Origin: Dehalococcoidales bacterium
GTDB lineage: Bacteria; Chloroflexota; Dehalococcoidia; Dehalococcoidales; UBA2162
Assembly (NCBI GenBank): GCA_034432095.1
Contig: DAOUCV010000026.1
Span: 24,657-88,656, forward strand
DNA length: 64,000 nucleotides
Reading direction: 5' to 3'
The notes under the pieces: generated by a model
Seen by the model: only the letters and a program-made list of their open reading frames with translations
The model's database searches: none
Told to the model about the DNA's origin: nothing
Program-made: the position numbers and the translations under genes
Shown here: in pieces, positions 1 through 10,163 of the stretch
How the letters are laid out: each line of letters opens with the position of its first letter
Position numbering within the stretch: position 1 is the first letter of the stretch

Positions 1-1
1 G

Positions 2-571
2 CCGGACGAGTTCATCTTCTGGGATGGAGATGCTCCCGATTGGTTCTATATTGTTGCCGAAGGAAAAGTGAGGGTACTGAAGCATTCCTCTTCAGGGAAG
101 CAGTTTACCATTGGCTTCTTCGGCTCCGGTGAGATGGTCGGCGAGGTGGGTGTCTTCGAGAACAAACCCTACCCTGCCTCAGCCCAGGCTGTGACTGAGA
201 CCAGAGTAATAGGAATTAAGAGAGAAGACCTCCTTTCTTTTCTTGCCAATCGCCCTCAAGTAGCCCTGAGGATTATTAGTATTCTGGGGGGACGGCTCAG
301 GGATGCCCAGAGCCGCCTTAGGGATTTCGCCGGGGAGAGAGTTGAGCAGCGCCTTGCCAGTGTCCTAGTCATGCTTTCTTCGAAGCTTGGTTCCATTCTC
401 CCCTTCACCCGACAGGAGATAGCTGATATGGCGGGAACCACCACCGAGACAGCCATCCGGGTTATGAGCCACCTGAAGGACAGAGGGATTATTCGTTCTA
501 CTCGTGGTAAAGTGGTTATCCTTGATGAGAAGAAGCTCAGGCTGCTGAGTGAAGGTCCACCGCAGGTATAG
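2..571 (+). CDS. Crp/Fnr-family transcriptional regulator (5' end upstream of window)
   Basis: The reading frame stays open back to position 2 (PDEFIFWDGDAPDWFYIVAEGKVRVLK, cNMP-binding beta-roll). C-terminal HTH: FTRQEIADMAGTTTETAIRVMSHLKDRGII. Confidence 0.85.
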   Translation, partial: PDEFIFWDGDAPDWFYIVAEGKVRVLKHSSSGKQFTIGFFGSGEMVGEVGVFENKPYPASAQAVTETRVIGIKREDLLSFLANRPQVALRIISILGGRLRDAQSRLRDFAGERVEQRLASVLVMLSSKLGSILPFTRQEIADMAGTTTETAIRVMSHLKDRGIIRSTRGKVVILDEKKLRLLSEGPPQV

Positions 572-681
572 AACCCCATTGCTATAGCCACCCGCCCGCT
601 TGAGGCACCCCGAAAAATTTCCGCCTTTACAAGTCTGGTATTAATGCTGTATTCTAGCTCTATAAAAAGGGGGAAAACAGG

Positions 682-1929
682 TTGTATCGAGCGCCGCGTG
701 GCACCTCAGACATCCTACCACAGGAGCAAGCCTACTGGCGTTATGTAGAGCAAAAGGCATTTAATATCTGCCAGCTCTACGGTTACGAGCGTATTGATAC
801 TCCCGCCTTTGAGGATGCCGGGTTGTTCACTCGTAGCGTAGGAGAGGGGACTGATATTATTGAAAAGGAGATGTACACCTTCGAGGACAGAGGCGGGAAC
901 AAACTGGCCCTGATACCGGAGGGCACTGCCTCAGTATGCCGAGCCTATGTAGAGCACGGCATGCACAATTTACCACAACCAGTAAAGCTCTATTATATTG
1001 CCTCTATTTTCAGGTACGAAAGACCCCAGGCAGGCAGGTATCGCCAACACCGCCAGTTTGGCTATGAGGCAATTGGCGATGATGACCCAGCCATCGATGC
1101 TGAAGTCATTGATATGGCCTGGCAATTCTTTAAGTCCTTGAACCTTCGTCACCTGTCGGTTAACCTTAATAGTATCGGTTGTAAAACGTGCCGACCGGGA
1201 TATATCACTGCCCTGGAGGATTACTACAACAGTCATATCGGTGAAGTATGTTTGGACTGCAAAACTAGGCTGGTAAAAAATCCTTTACGTTTGCTTGATT
1301 GCAAAAAGCACTCGTGCCAGCCGATAGCTATATCTGCTCCCAGGAGTATTGACCACCTTTGCCAAGATTGCGCTGGACACTTTAACCGGTTGAAGAGATA
1401 CCTGGACTTGCTTCAAATCCCCTTTGAGGTGAATCACCGCCTAGTTCGTGGTTTCGACTATTACACCAGGACCGTATTTGAGGTTCAACCAGAGGCAGGA
1501 GGAAGCCAAAGCAGCGTTGGTGGCGGGGGCAGATATGATGGCCTGATTGAGGAGCTCGGTGGTAAACCTACGCCGGCGGTTGGGTTTGCTGCTGGCATTG
1601 AGCGGGTAATACTCAACCTGAAGAAACAGAGTGTGCCTGTCCCCCCTCTGGATAAGCCACGGGTCTTCATTGCCCATATCGGTGATGAAGCTATGGATAT
1701 GTCAATAAAGCTGGCATCCAGTCTAAGGCAGGCTGGCATTGGCGTAGTATGGACTATCAGCTCGAGGAGCCTGAAAGCTCAATTAAGGCAGGCAAATACT
1801 CTGGGTGTTCGCTACACGGTGATTATCGGTGACCGGGAGGTAAAGACGGGCACCGTGATATTACGCAACATGGTTAATGCCCAACAGGAGGCTGTCCCCA
1901 TTGACCGGTTACAAGAGCTGCTAGGGTGA
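682..1929 (+). CDS. hisS: histidine--tRNA ligase
   Basis: 415 aa with class II aaRS HisRS motifs (RGTSDILP, FRYERPQAGRYRQHRQFG, GGGGRYDGL) and a C-terminal anticodon-binding domain. TTG start preceded by AAGGGGGA. Confidence 0.95.
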   Translation: MYRAPRGTSDILPQEQAYWRYVEQKAFNICQLYGYERIDTPAFEDAGLFTRSVGEGTDIIEKEMYTFEDRGGNKLALIPEGTASVCRAYVEHGMHNLPQPVKLYYIASIFRYERPQAGRYRQHRQFGYEAIGDDDPAIDAEVIDMAWQFFKSLNLRHLSVNLNSIGCKTCRPGYITALEDYYNSHIGEVCLDCKTRLVKNPLRLLDCKKHSCQPIAISAPRSIDHLCQDCAGHFNRLKRYLDLLQIPFEVNHRLVRGFDYYTRTVFEVQPEAGGSQSSVGGGGRYDGLIEELGGKPTPAVGFAAGIERVILNLKKQSVPVPPLDKPRVFIAHIGDEAMDMSIKLASSLRQAGIGVVWTISSRSLKAQLRQANTLGVRYTVIIGDREVKTGTVILRNMVNAQQEAVPIDRLQELLG

Positions 1930-1933
1930 TCAT

Positions 1934-2668
1934 ATGCGCTATGCGATTATGGCTGATATTCATGCTAACCTTTCGGCTTTTAAGGCGGTGCTGATGGATA
2001 TCGTGCACCAGGGAGGGGCGGACATGCTGTGGTGTCTGGGGGATGTGGTCGGCTATGGCCCAGACCCGCATGAGTGCATTGAACTTTTGCGCCAGACTAA
2101 CCATGTCTGTGTTGCCGGGAATCATGATTGGGCGGCAATCGGTAAGGTTGATACCGGGGATTTTAATCCTGATGCGGCAGCGGCGTGTCAGTGGACAGCC
2201 AAGCAATTGAACTCAGCGGATGTGGCATATCTCACGCAACTGCCCTTGGTTATTGAAGACGGTGATTTTACCCTGGTGCACGGTAGCCCTAGAGAGCCTA
2301 TCTGGGAATACCTGGTATCGACGGGCGTCGCCAAGGAGAATTTTGCCTACTTCAAATCACAGTTCTGCCTGGTGGGTCATTCCCATATACCGCTGGTGTT
2401 CAGCTACGGTGGGGGCGATGATTGCGCCGCCAGTCGGTTTTTGACGAGCGTTGAACTTGCGAAGAATGGCAAACGGTTCATTATCAACCCCGGTGGCGTG
2501 GGGCAGCCCCGAGATGGCGACCCCAAAGCCAGCTATGCCATATATGATAGCGAGACCAGACTGGTTAAGCTCTACCGTGTTCCTTATGATATCCGTGCTA
2601 CACAGGACAAGATGGTAGAGTGTGGCTTACCTCTGCGTTTGGTGGCTCGATTAAGCTACGGTATGTGA
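1934..2668 (+). CDS. metallophosphoesterase family protein
   Basis: Calcineurin-like phosphoesterase motifs: ADIHAN, GDVVGYG, GNHD, GHSH. Confidence 0.8.
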   Translation: MRYAIMADIHANLSAFKAVLMDIVHQGGADMLWCLGDVVGYGPDPHECIELLRQTNHVCVAGNHDWAAIGKVDTGDFNPDAAAACQWTAKQLNSADVAYLTQLPLVIEDGDFTLVHGSPREPIWEYLVSTGVAKENFAYFKSQFCLVGHSHIPLVFSYGGGDDCAASRFLTSVELAKNGKRFIINPGGVGQPRDGDPKASYAIYDSETRLVKLYRVPYDIRATQDKMVECGLPLRLVARLSYGM

Positions 2669-2672
2669 GTAT

Positions 2673-3779
2673 CTACCTCAAACACGCCCAGTAGTCTTTT
2701 AGTTTTGTTCTGACTTCGTCTATAACCCTTTCCGTCTCAGCGTATGAGGGGTCGGTAGTGAGCCTTTGAGGAATCGGCACTGGTTCCGCTATTTTAAGCT
2801 CAATCCCTGTCAGGCCAGAAATTAGAGCTAGCCATCCATAGGGCAGAACTTCTTCGTTATAACCAGAGGCAATCAAATCAATAGCTTTGCCTCCGCAGAC
2901 CCTGGCCATTTCTCTGACTCTTTCCCCAATCATCCTGAAGCCTTTTACCGACAGTCCCAGGTTGGTTAACCTGTCAGCAAAATGGGGGTCCGAACCGCCA
3001 TTTCTGATGATAATCTGAGGTTTGAATTCCTGAGTTACTGGCTCGACTATAGACTGAAAAGCCAGCTTGTAGGAATCGTAGCCAGCGTAAACGGGCATGG
3101 GGATATTGATGGTAAAACCTTTCCCCTGCCCAGCCCCAGTCTGGTGAGCAAAACCAGTGCCAGGGTAAAGGGTTCTGGGGTCTTGGTGCAGGTCGATAAA
3201 CAGAACCCGCGGTTCTTCATAAAAATACTCGCTGGTTCCATTTCCAGCATGAGCATCGGTATCCAGGATCAGGATTCTTTCTAGCTTATATTCCTGCATT
3301 AAATATAAGCCGCAAAAGGCGACATCGTTATAAAGACAGAATCCTTCTCCGTAGTTGGGCTTGGCGTGATGCAGTCCGCCGCCGATTGATACCACCTTTT
3401 CAAACTTGCCTTCTTGAACCAGATCGCAGGCTGTCTTGGCCTGCCCGATAATCAACCTCGCTGCTTCTTCCAGTTTTCCTGGCTTGCCAATCGGCCTGTT
3501 ATCCCCACTGTGGAACCGGGAAAATTGGCCGGGATAGCTCAGACCAAGATTGGCCGCCCGGTAGTAGCCCCTGGTGAAGTCAATGTATTCTTTCTGGCAG
3601 ATCAGGAGTAAATCTTCGTCGGTGGCTGGCTCCGCTTTCAGAATTCGGTAATTGTTATCCTCCGGCACGTTCTCCTGCAAGAATTTAGGAAATACGTCGT
3701 ACCGGTCTCCGCGAAAGGGGTGTCCCGGTCCAAAATCGTATTCCCTCAGATTCTCGTGATACAGCACGGCGAAAGCCAT
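2673..3779 (-). CDS. histone deacetylase / acetoin-utilisation (AcuC)-like family deacetylase
   Basis: HDAC-family motifs GGGLHHA and DTDAHAGNGT. ATG at 3779 (MAFAVLYHE) is preferred over the longer ORF start at 3836. Confidence 0.8.
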   Translation of the reverse strand: MAFAVLYHENLREYDFGPGHPFRGDRYDVFPKFLQENVPEDNNYRILKAEPATDEDLLLICQKEYIDFTRGYYRAANLGLSYPGQFSRFHSGDNRPIGKPGKLEEAARLIIGQAKTACDLVQEGKFEKVVSIGGGLHHAKPNYGEGFCLYNDVAFCGLYLMQEYKLERILILDTDAHAGNGTSEYFYEEPRVLFIDLHQDPRTLYPGTGFAHQTGAGQGKGFTINIPMPVYAGYDSYKLAFQSIVEPVTQEFKPQIIIRNGGSDPHFADRLTNLGLSVKGFRMIGERVREMARVCGGKAIDLIASGYNEEVLPYGWLALISGLTGIELKIAEPVPIPQRLTTDPSYAETERVIDEVRTKLKDYWACLR

Positions 3780-4115
3780 AAATTCCCCTGCCCCTATTGT
3801 GTTTTTTCTTTCGCAGTCCTGGCATGCTGAAACCACGGGGAAAATCTGGCGCTTGAAGGCTATTTCCTTTACTTTTACTTTCGGCTCCTCTCTTTTCTGG
3901 CGGTCATAATGTGTCCCGGATTGGCTTCTAAGGATGGGCAGGCAAGAAAACTTTTGCCGATATTGCTTATCGTTTGCTGTGCTGTTGGTCTTAGCTTTGT
4001 CAGTATTGTCTTCGAATTCTGAGTGAGTGTGGTTGTTAGGATACTGACTTGTTAAGTCTACCCCAAGGCGGGTCCACAGTCAATATTTTCGCTGGTTTAA
4101 GGCAGGGCTATAAAA

Positions 4116-4508
4116 TCAAACGATTTTCCAGTCTCGGTAACCCTGCTGAATGACGGATAAATACTCTTTTGAGGGTGGAGTTTCCTCTGCCTGACCGGCG
4201 TGGATATAGGTTATTGCTTCGATAGGTGTGCCGTCTTCGTCAAATACCCTGACTTTCAAGCGGCGATAAGAGCTTTCATATTTGTCCAGCTGTTTCAAAC
4301 ATTGTTCCGAAACTTCATAGATAGCTCCGATGACCTTCTCTCCTCTGAAGAGCCGGATGCTGGCTTTACCTCCTCGCCATTGTCTGGACCAGCCGACAAA
4401 TACCAGCTTATAGTTAGGCAGGGTAGCCCTAAACAGAGGCTTGCTTTCGGGGCAGCGTTCCCGCATTTGTTTTTGGTTCAAATTGGAAGCGTAGGCAAAA
4501 TAATACAT
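4116..4508 (-). CDS. gamma-glutamylcyclotransferase (AIG2/GGACT-like) family protein
   Basis: 130 aa. N-terminal YFAYASNLNQKQMRERCP is typical of the GGCT-like fold. Confidence 0.7.
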   Translation of the reverse strand: MYYFAYASNLNQKQMRERCPESKPLFRATLPNYKLVFVGWSRQWRGGKASIRLFRGEKVIGAIYEVSEQCLKQLDKYESSYRRLKVRVFDEDGTPIEAITYIHAGQAEETPPSKEYLSVIQQGYRDWKIV

Positions 4509-4519
4509 CGGTCTTTTTC

Positions 4520-5437
4520 TTATTCTGGAAATAGTAGTCTTTCGATTTCCCTGAGCCTGTCCAGGCCTTTTAGTTCGTAGGGGAACAGGGGTAATTCAAC
4601 TATTTCCAAGTCAGAATATCTGTCATGGATAGCCTCAAGGTAGTTCTTTTGTTGCCTGGCTTTGGTTCGCAAAAAATCTGAGTCCTTCTCCTTGACCACG
4701 TTATTAATTATTAACCGTTGCACCTTGAGTCCGTATTCGCTAAGCTCTTGAAAGATACCTTGAAGTTGCTCAACAGCCAGAGCCTCCGGTATGGTGACCA
4801 TAGTGAATTGTACTCGATTTCTGAGGAAATCCATATTGTCCGCGGATAACCTCTCCCACCTCTTTATAATGTCCAGTATTGGTTCCCGGCTCGTTTGAGC
4901 AAACTTCAGTTTGGAATAGACGCGGGGCGCCATTCTCAGATGTTTCTCCAGCAGGGCGGGGGTCTCAAGTAAGGCGAGGGTCTGACCCAGCGGAGCTGTA
5001 TCCCAGACAATTGTCTGATACTCGCCTTTCAGGTCTAATTCCCTGATATAGTCAACCATGAACTCATCGCTCAGTCCCGGCAGCACCGAGGTCATGAAGT
5101 TAACAAATTCAGCATAGTCAATGGAAACGAAGGAGGAAAAGACTGCGTAGACCTGGCTACCAAATTTCCTGTCCCACATCTCTTTCACTTCTTCGGCACC
5201 GAGTTCATTGAGGTATAACGATTCTCGAACTCTGGCTGGTTTCTTTTTATCGGTGACCTCAAAGATATGGGACAGGGAGGGCGTGGCATCGGTCGATATT
5301 ACTAAGGTCTGCTCTCCCAGGGAAGCATAGTGCAGTGCGGCGGCAGCGGCGCAGGTTGTCTTACCAACGCCGCCCTTCCCGGCAAACATGGTGATACTGC
5401 CTCCGCTTGAGCTAACCCGACGGTTGGTATTAGTCAT
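4520..5437 (-). CDS. ArsA/GET3-family P-loop ATPase (single domain)
   Basis: Deviant Walker A GKGGVGKTT, then ISTDATPSL and DTAPLGQTL motifs of ArsA-type ATPases. Confidence 0.8.
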   Translation of the reverse strand: MTNTNRRVSSSGGSITMFAGKGGVGKTTCAAAAALHYASLGEQTLVISTDATPSLSHIFEVTDKKKPARVRESLYLNELGAEEVKEMWDRKFGSQVYAVFSSFVSIDYAEFVNFMTSVLPGLSDEFMVDYIRELDLKGEYQTIVWDTAPLGQTLALLETPALLEKHLRMAPRVYSKLKFAQTSREPILDIIKRWERLSADNMDFLRNRVQFTMVTIPEALAVEQLQGIFQELSEYGLKVQRLIINNVVKEKDSDFLRTKARQQKNYLEAIHDRYSDLEIVELPLFPYELKGLDRLREIERLLFPE

Positions 5438-5567
5438 GTTACCTGCTCACCAGCTCTAGGTCAAAACTACGGGGTTTTTTAGTCATCTCCATTCTACACC
5501 ATAAGGCTGGGTCTAGGTAAGGCTGGATTTGCTCTTTGGAGCTTAAGAGTGTAAAGTATAGGCGTCA

Positions 5568-6881
5568 ATGGAAAAGCGGCCGGATGAATTTAGAGGTATG
5601 GCTGGGGATATGGGGATGGGGCTGGGGATACCATCAGCTAGACCAGCCGGGTTCTCTTTACGCAATCTGAAGACCTTTAGCTCCTTCAAGAACCCGGTCT
5701 ATCGTCTCTACTATGGCGGTATGATGGGCGAGATGGCTGCCATGAATATGCAGATAGTAGTCCGCTCCCTGCTTATCTATCGCCTGACTAACTCACCAGC
5801 TATCCTAGGGGCGATGTCTCTAGCCTTCGCTGTACCTATGCTATCTTTGTCCCTCTTTGGTGGTGTCATCGCCGACCGGGTACAGAAAAAGTATGTTATG
5901 CTCATCGGGCAGGCAGCCTCGGCTGTGCTCTCTCTGGGTATCGCACTAGCGCTGGCTCTGGGCTACCTGAGCGCTGAAAAATCTGGCTCGTGGTGGATTT
6001 TAGTGGTATCCGCCGTGCTCCAGGGAATTATTATGGCTCTGGTAATGCCCTCACGTCAGGCTATCCTCCCTGAGATAGTTGGCGGAGAGCAGCTGATGAA
6101 TGCAATATCACTGAGTAGCATGGGGACGAGTATTCTGCGTCTCTTTGCTCCGGCGTTGTCAGGCTTTCTCGTTGACGCAATAGGCTTTGAGGCAGTCTAT
6201 TATACCACGACCGGCTTGTACCTTGTGGCGGTGGGCTTCATCGCTCTTCTGCCACTTACCAGCACCACAACTATCCGCGGCAGCAGTGCCTGGACTGGCA
6301 TGAAAGAAGGGATTAACTATCTCAGGCGTGAGACCACCCTCCTCTTCGTTCTTGGCTTCACCCTTGTCACGACCGTACTCTCGATGCCCTATCAGCAGAT
6401 GATGCCTATCTTCACTGATGACATCCTGAAGGTGGGTGCCAGCGGTCTGGGAGTGCTGATGAGCGTCTCCGGCGCTGGTTCCATGGTTGGCTCCTTCGTC
6501 CTCGCCTCCTTGCCCAATAAGAAGCGGGGGCTCATGTTGTTAATTAGCAGCACCTTTTTGGGCGTGGCACTGGCGAGTTTCTCCTTCTCAACTTCGTGGC
6601 CCCTCTCCCTGGGCTTGGTTGTCTTTGTTGGACTGGGCCAGATGGGGCAGATGACCTTGGGCAACACCCTGCTCCAGTACTATGTAGCGGACGAGTACCT
6701 TGGACGGGTGATGAGTATCCTTATGATGCAGTTTGGTCTGATGAGCCTTGGTACCTTCGTAGCCGGGCTGCTGGCGGAGGCTCTGGGGGTACAGTGGGCG
6801 GTCGGTGGGTTTGCTATGTGTCTTGTCTTCCTGTCCGTCCTGGCGCTGGTCTTACTCCCCCGGATAAGGAATCTGGACTAA
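5568..6881 (+). CDS. MFS transporter
   Basis: 437 aa, about 12 hydrophobic segments, MFS loop motif GGVIADRVQKK. The exact start is uncertain. Confidence 0.8.
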   Translation: MEKRPDEFRGMAGDMGMGLGIPSARPAGFSLRNLKTFSSFKNPVYRLYYGGMMGEMAAMNMQIVVRSLLIYRLTNSPAILGAMSLAFAVPMLSLSLFGGVIADRVQKKYVMLIGQAASAVLSLGIALALALGYLSAEKSGSWWILVVSAVLQGIIMALVMPSRQAILPEIVGGEQLMNAISLSSMGTSILRLFAPALSGFLVDAIGFEAVYYTTTGLYLVAVGFIALLPLTSTTTIRGSSAWTGMKEGINYLRRETTLLFVLGFTLVTTVLSMPYQQMMPIFTDDILKVGASGLGVLMSVSGAGSMVGSFVLASLPNKKRGLMLLISSTFLGVALASFSFSTSWPLSLGLVVFVGLGQMGQMTLGNTLLQYYVADEYLGRVMSILMMQFGLMSLGTFVAGLLAEALGVQWAVGGFAMCLVFLSVLALVLLPRIRNLD

Positions 6882-6889
6882 CCTAAATC

Positions 6890-6918
6890 TTGACAATCAT
6901 CCATATCTCATCTAAACT
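6890..6918 (+). promoter_or_regulatory. sigma70-type promoter candidate TTGACA-17-TAAACT upstream of the DUF47/PiT pair
   Basis: TTGACA at 6890-6895, exactly 17 nt spacer, TAAACT at 6913-6918. AAGGAGG RBS before the GTG start at 7008. Confidence 0.5.
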
Positions 6919-7007
6919 CTCAATGGAAGTAAAATTTCCCGTTCTTATTTTGTGGTTTCAACTTTTCCGTCACTCTAGCGTACCTCTGTGGTCAAGGAGG
7001 ATTAGCC

Positions 7008-7637
7008 GTGTTTAGGTTTCCCTTTATGCCCCGGGAAGAGAAGTTTTTTGAGCTCTTTGAAAGAAGTGCCCAGAATATGGTAAAAGCAGCCCAGGTACTG
7101 AGGGAGTTAGTTGATACCTGGGAGAATGTAACGGAAAGAGTGGACGAAATAAGTGAGCTTGAGAGCAGAGGGGATACCATTACCCATCAGATTATGGAGC
7201 AGTTACACCGTACCTTTGTTACCCCGTTTGACCGGGAGGATGTCGCCCAACTGGCTCATAGTTTGGATGATGTTACTGACTTTATTGATGCTGCTGTTGA
7301 TGCCATGTTTTTATATAAGGTTGACCCTCCCGGCCAGAGCGCTAGAGAACTATCTGGTATTATAGTCGAGGCGGCTATTGAGGTAGAAAGAGCAATATCT
7401 CAATTACGCCACCGTGCTGAGTTAAATAAGATTCTTGAGCGGTGTGTGGAGATTAACCGGCTGGAGAATGTAGCCGATGAGATATACCGCTCAGCTCTGG
7501 CTGAGCTTTTTACTGATACTTCGGATATTGCTGATGTCATCAAGTGGCGTGAGATTTATGAGCATATGGAGAGCGCCACCGACAGGTGTGAGGATGTGGC
7601 TAATGTCCTTGAAGGGGTAGCCCTCAAGCGTGGATAA
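7008..7637 (+). CDS. DUF47 / PhoU-like phosphate transport regulator (YkaA type)
   Basis: 209 aa helical protein. It overlaps the downstream PiT gene by 8 nt, the conserved DUF47-PiT pairing. Confidence 0.8.
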   Translation: MFRFPFMPREEKFFELFERSAQNMVKAAQVLRELVDTWENVTERVDEISELESRGDTITHQIMEQLHRTFVTPFDREDVAQLAHSLDDVTDFIDAAVDAMFLYKVDPPGQSARELSGIIVEAAIEVERAISQLRHRAELNKILERCVEINRLENVADEIYRSALAELFTDTSDIADVIKWREIYEHMESATDRCEDVANVLEGVALKRG

Positions 7638-8625
7638 TCTCAGTCCCCAACTGATAGTCACTCTGCTATTAGTGCTGGCTGCAGAATTCGTTAATGGCTG
7701 GACTGACGCCCCCAATGCTATTGCTACCGTAGTCTCGACGCGTGTCCTCTCCCCAGCCCTGGCGGTGACTATGGCTGCCATACTCAATATCGCCGGGGCT
7801 ATAGCTACGGGTACTGCGGTAGCGACCACAATAGGAACAGGTATTGTCAGACCGGAGATTATCGACCTCCCTGTGGTGGCGGCGGCGATGCTTACCATTG
7901 TACTCTGGAGCACAGTAACGGCGTTCTACGGAATACCTACCAGCGAAAGCCACGAACTTATTGCCGGTCTTACCGGAGCTGGTCTGGCGGTTGCTGGTCC
8001 TTCGGTTCTTCTCTGGGAAGGGTGGCGGAAGGTGCTTATCGGTCTGGGCTTCTCTACTCTCTTGGGGTTTTCCTTCGGCATGATGATGATGACTGCTCTC
8101 TACTGGCTGCTTCGGCGAACTAGTGTATCATCTATTCGTGGTGTCTTCAGCAAGCTTCAGATACTTTCTGCCGCCTTTATGGCATTTAGCCACGGTAGCA
8201 ATGACGGGCAGAAGTTTATGGGAGCCTTTGCCCTGGCGCTGGTGCTGGGAGGAGTGATGACTCAGTTCACCGTTCCCATATGGGTGATGCTTCTTTGTGG
8301 TATGGTGATGGCAACTGGCACAGCCGTGGGGGGATGGCGCATAATCCGCACACTCGGCTTTAAAATCACCAAGCTGGAGCCAGTAAATGGCTTTGCTGCT
8401 GAGAGTTCAGCGGGATTGGCTATTCTACTGGCTTCCGCTTTTGGCATACCTCTGAGCACCACTCATACTATCGGCACGTCTATTATGGGGGTGGGCGCCC
8501 TCAGGCGGTTTTCGGCAGTGCGCTGGGGGGTGGCAGGCAATATTGTTGTGGCGTGGATAATAACCTTTCCTGTCTGCGCTATATTGGGTTGCCTGTTTAC
8601 TTGGCTACTTAAGCTAGTATTTTAG
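7630..8625 (+). CDS. pit: inorganic phosphate transporter, PiT family
   Basis: 331 aa membrane protein carrying both PiT signature repeats (GWTDAPNAIATVVSTR and GSNDGQKFMG). Confidence 0.9.
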   Translation: MDNLSPQLIVTLLLVLAAEFVNGWTDAPNAIATVVSTRVLSPALAVTMAAILNIAGAIATGTAVATTIGTGIVRPEIIDLPVVAAAMLTIVLWSTVTAFYGIPTSESHELIAGLTGAGLAVAGPSVLLWEGWRKVLIGLGFSTLLGFSFGMMMMTALYWLLRRTSVSSIRGVFSKLQILSAAFMAFSHGSNDGQKFMGAFALALVLGGVMTQFTVPIWVMLLCGMVMATGTAVGGWRIIRTLGFKITKLEPVNGFAAESSAGLAILLASAFGIPLSTTHTIGTSIMGVGALRRFSAVRWGVAGNIVVAWIITFPVCAILGCLFTWLLKLVF

Positions 8626-8626
8626 C

Positions 8627-9280
8627 TTACAAAGTAACTTCTCGGGGGGTTACCCGGCATTTCTCAGCAGTAATGATGGCTTTGATTTCTGATACTGCCA
8701 GGTCAATTTTATCCCCCCTGTTGACGACGAGATAATCGAACAGGGATAATCGTTTTATTTCTTCTTCTGCGGTCTTCAGGCGTAAGTTCAGGTCAGCGGG
8801 CGATTCAGTACGGCGTTTTTTGAGCCTGGCGAGCAACTCGTCCATCGATGGAGGTACCAGAAAGATAAGGACCGCCTGAGGCAGGATTTTTCTAATCGTA
8901 GCGGCTCCCTGAATGTCAACTTTTACCATCACATCCTGTCCCCGGTCTAAGGCTTGTTTGACTGGTTCCTTAGGTACACCATACCAATTGCCATAGACTT
9001 TTGCCCACTCTAGTAACTCGTTATTTTTAATCATCTCCTGAAACTTTTCCGTTGAGACGAAGTGGTAGTCGATATTATCTTTCTCCTTGGCTCGCCGGGG
9101 GCGTGTGGTCAGGGTAGTAATGTATTGGAGAGGGTAATCGGATTGTTTCAACCTAGCTAAAACTGCGTCCTTACCGGCTCCTGATGGACCGGAGAGGACG
9201 ATGAGTAACGGTCTTGCTGGTAGGTTAAACCTGAGCTGATCTTTACGAGCTGCCGGCTCTATCTCTTTTTCTGGTCTCAA
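8627..9280 (-). CDS. gmk: guanylate kinase
   Basis: P-loop SGPSGAGKD and TTRPRRAKE motif. The TTG start overlaps the remA stop codon (TTGA). Confidence 0.9.
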   Translation of the reverse strand: MRPEKEIEPAARKDQLRFNLPARPLLIVLSGPSGAGKDAVLARLKQSDYPLQYITTLTTRPRRAKEKDNIDYHFVSTEKFQEMIKNNELLEWAKVYGNWYGVPKEPVKQALDRGQDVMVKVDIQGAATIRKILPQAVLIFLVPPSMDELLARLKKRRTESPADLNLRLKTAEEEIKRLSLFDYLVVNRGDKIDLAVSEIKAIITAEKCRVTPREVTL

Positions 9281-9555
9281 GATTGAAGTTCCTCGGTCTG
9301 GGTTGCCTTCGACTCGACCTGTCGGTACCTGCTGGTAATGGTTTCCGGGGCAAGGGCAGACAAAATAATATGTCCACTGTCGGTGATGATAACCGCCTTG
9401 GTTCTTCTACCGTTGGTCATATCAATTAGCAGCCCTTTGTTTTTGACTTCCTGGACAGTGCGTTTGGTAGGTGCTGAGTTTGGCGAAGCTATGGCAATAA
9501 CTCTATTCATGGCGATTATATTATTAAACCCGATGTGAACCAGTTCTATGCTCAT
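9277..9555 (-). CDS. remA: RemA/YlzA (DUF370) family regulator
   Basis: 92 aa. [25 protein letters not shown] is the DUF370 signature, and the remA-gmk order is the usual one. Confidence 0.85.
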   Translation of the reverse strand: MSIELVHIGFNNIIAMNRVIAIASPNSAPTKRTVQEVKNKGLLIDMTNGRRTKAVIITDSGHIILSALAPETITSRYRQVESKATQTEELQS

Positions 9556-9638
9556 CTTTAATCACCTCGCTAGATTGTATTAACGGTACGTCCTTATATC
9601 TTATACCTTTAGTGCTAGTTAGGCAATCATTAAATTGC

Positions 9639-9667
9639 TTGCATTATACACTTTTTGATGTTAAATT
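9639..9667 (+). promoter_or_regulatory. promoter candidate TTGCAT-17-(TGt)TAAATT upstream of nuoE-like gene
   Basis: TTGCAT at 9639-9644, 17 nt spacer ending in TGt (extended -10), TAAATT at 9662-9667. GGAGG at 9691-9695 precedes the TTG start at 9703. Confidence 0.45.
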
Positions 9668-9702
9668 ATTAAATTGATGTCATTCTATTTGGAGGTTAGA
9701 GT

Positions 9703-10161
9703 TTGTCGGAACAGTTAGCCCAGATTCTTGCTCCTTACCAGGGGCAAAGGGGAGCTACCGTCCCCGTTCTACAGAAGGTACAAGAGAAATTTGGCTATCT
9801 CCCTGAGGAAATAATCTCAGAGATAGCCAAATTTTTGGGTTTGACTAAGAACGAGGTCTACGGTGTGGCTAGCTTTTACGCCCAGTTTCGATTTGAGCCG
9901 CCGGCAGAACATACGATAAAATGTTGCCAGGGCACTGCCTGCTATGTTCAGGGCGGGCAGCGCATTCTAGAGGCGGTCGAACGGGAACTTGATATTCCAC
10001 CAGGGAAAACTATTACGAAAGATTACAGATTTAGTCTTGAGAGAGTGGCTTGTTTTGGTTCGTGTGCTTTAGCCCCGGTCATGGTGGTGGATAAGGCTAT
10101 CTATGGTAAAATGACTCCGGCTAAGGTAAGAGAAATACTGGCTCAGTATCAAGGAGAGTAG
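9703..10161 (+). CDS. NuoE/HoxE-type [2Fe-2S] flavoprotein small subunit (formate dehydrogenase gamma-like)
   Basis: 152 aa with the four-Cys thioredoxin-like 2Fe-2S pattern (CCQGTAC ... CFGSCALAP). Confidence 0.9.
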   Translation: MSEQLAQILAPYQGQRGATVPVLQKVQEKFGYLPEEIISEIAKFLGLTKNEVYGVASFYAQFRFEPPAEHTIKCCQGTACYVQGGQRILEAVERELDIPPGKTITKDYRFSLERVACFGSCALAPVMVVDKAIYGKMTPAKVREILAQYQGE

Positions 10162-10163
10162 TA

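Noticed and set aside
572-681. T-box leader upstream of hisS
   Set aside because: The 110 nt available is too short for a T-box, and no T-box consensus (AAUUAGGGUGGUACCGCG-like) is visible.
3837-4115. The 280-bp non-coding gap upstream of the HDAC-family gene as a possible sRNA or riboswitch
   Set aside because: I could find no convincing conserved-looking stem-loops, promoter/terminator pair or known riboswitch core by eye. It is left unannotated.
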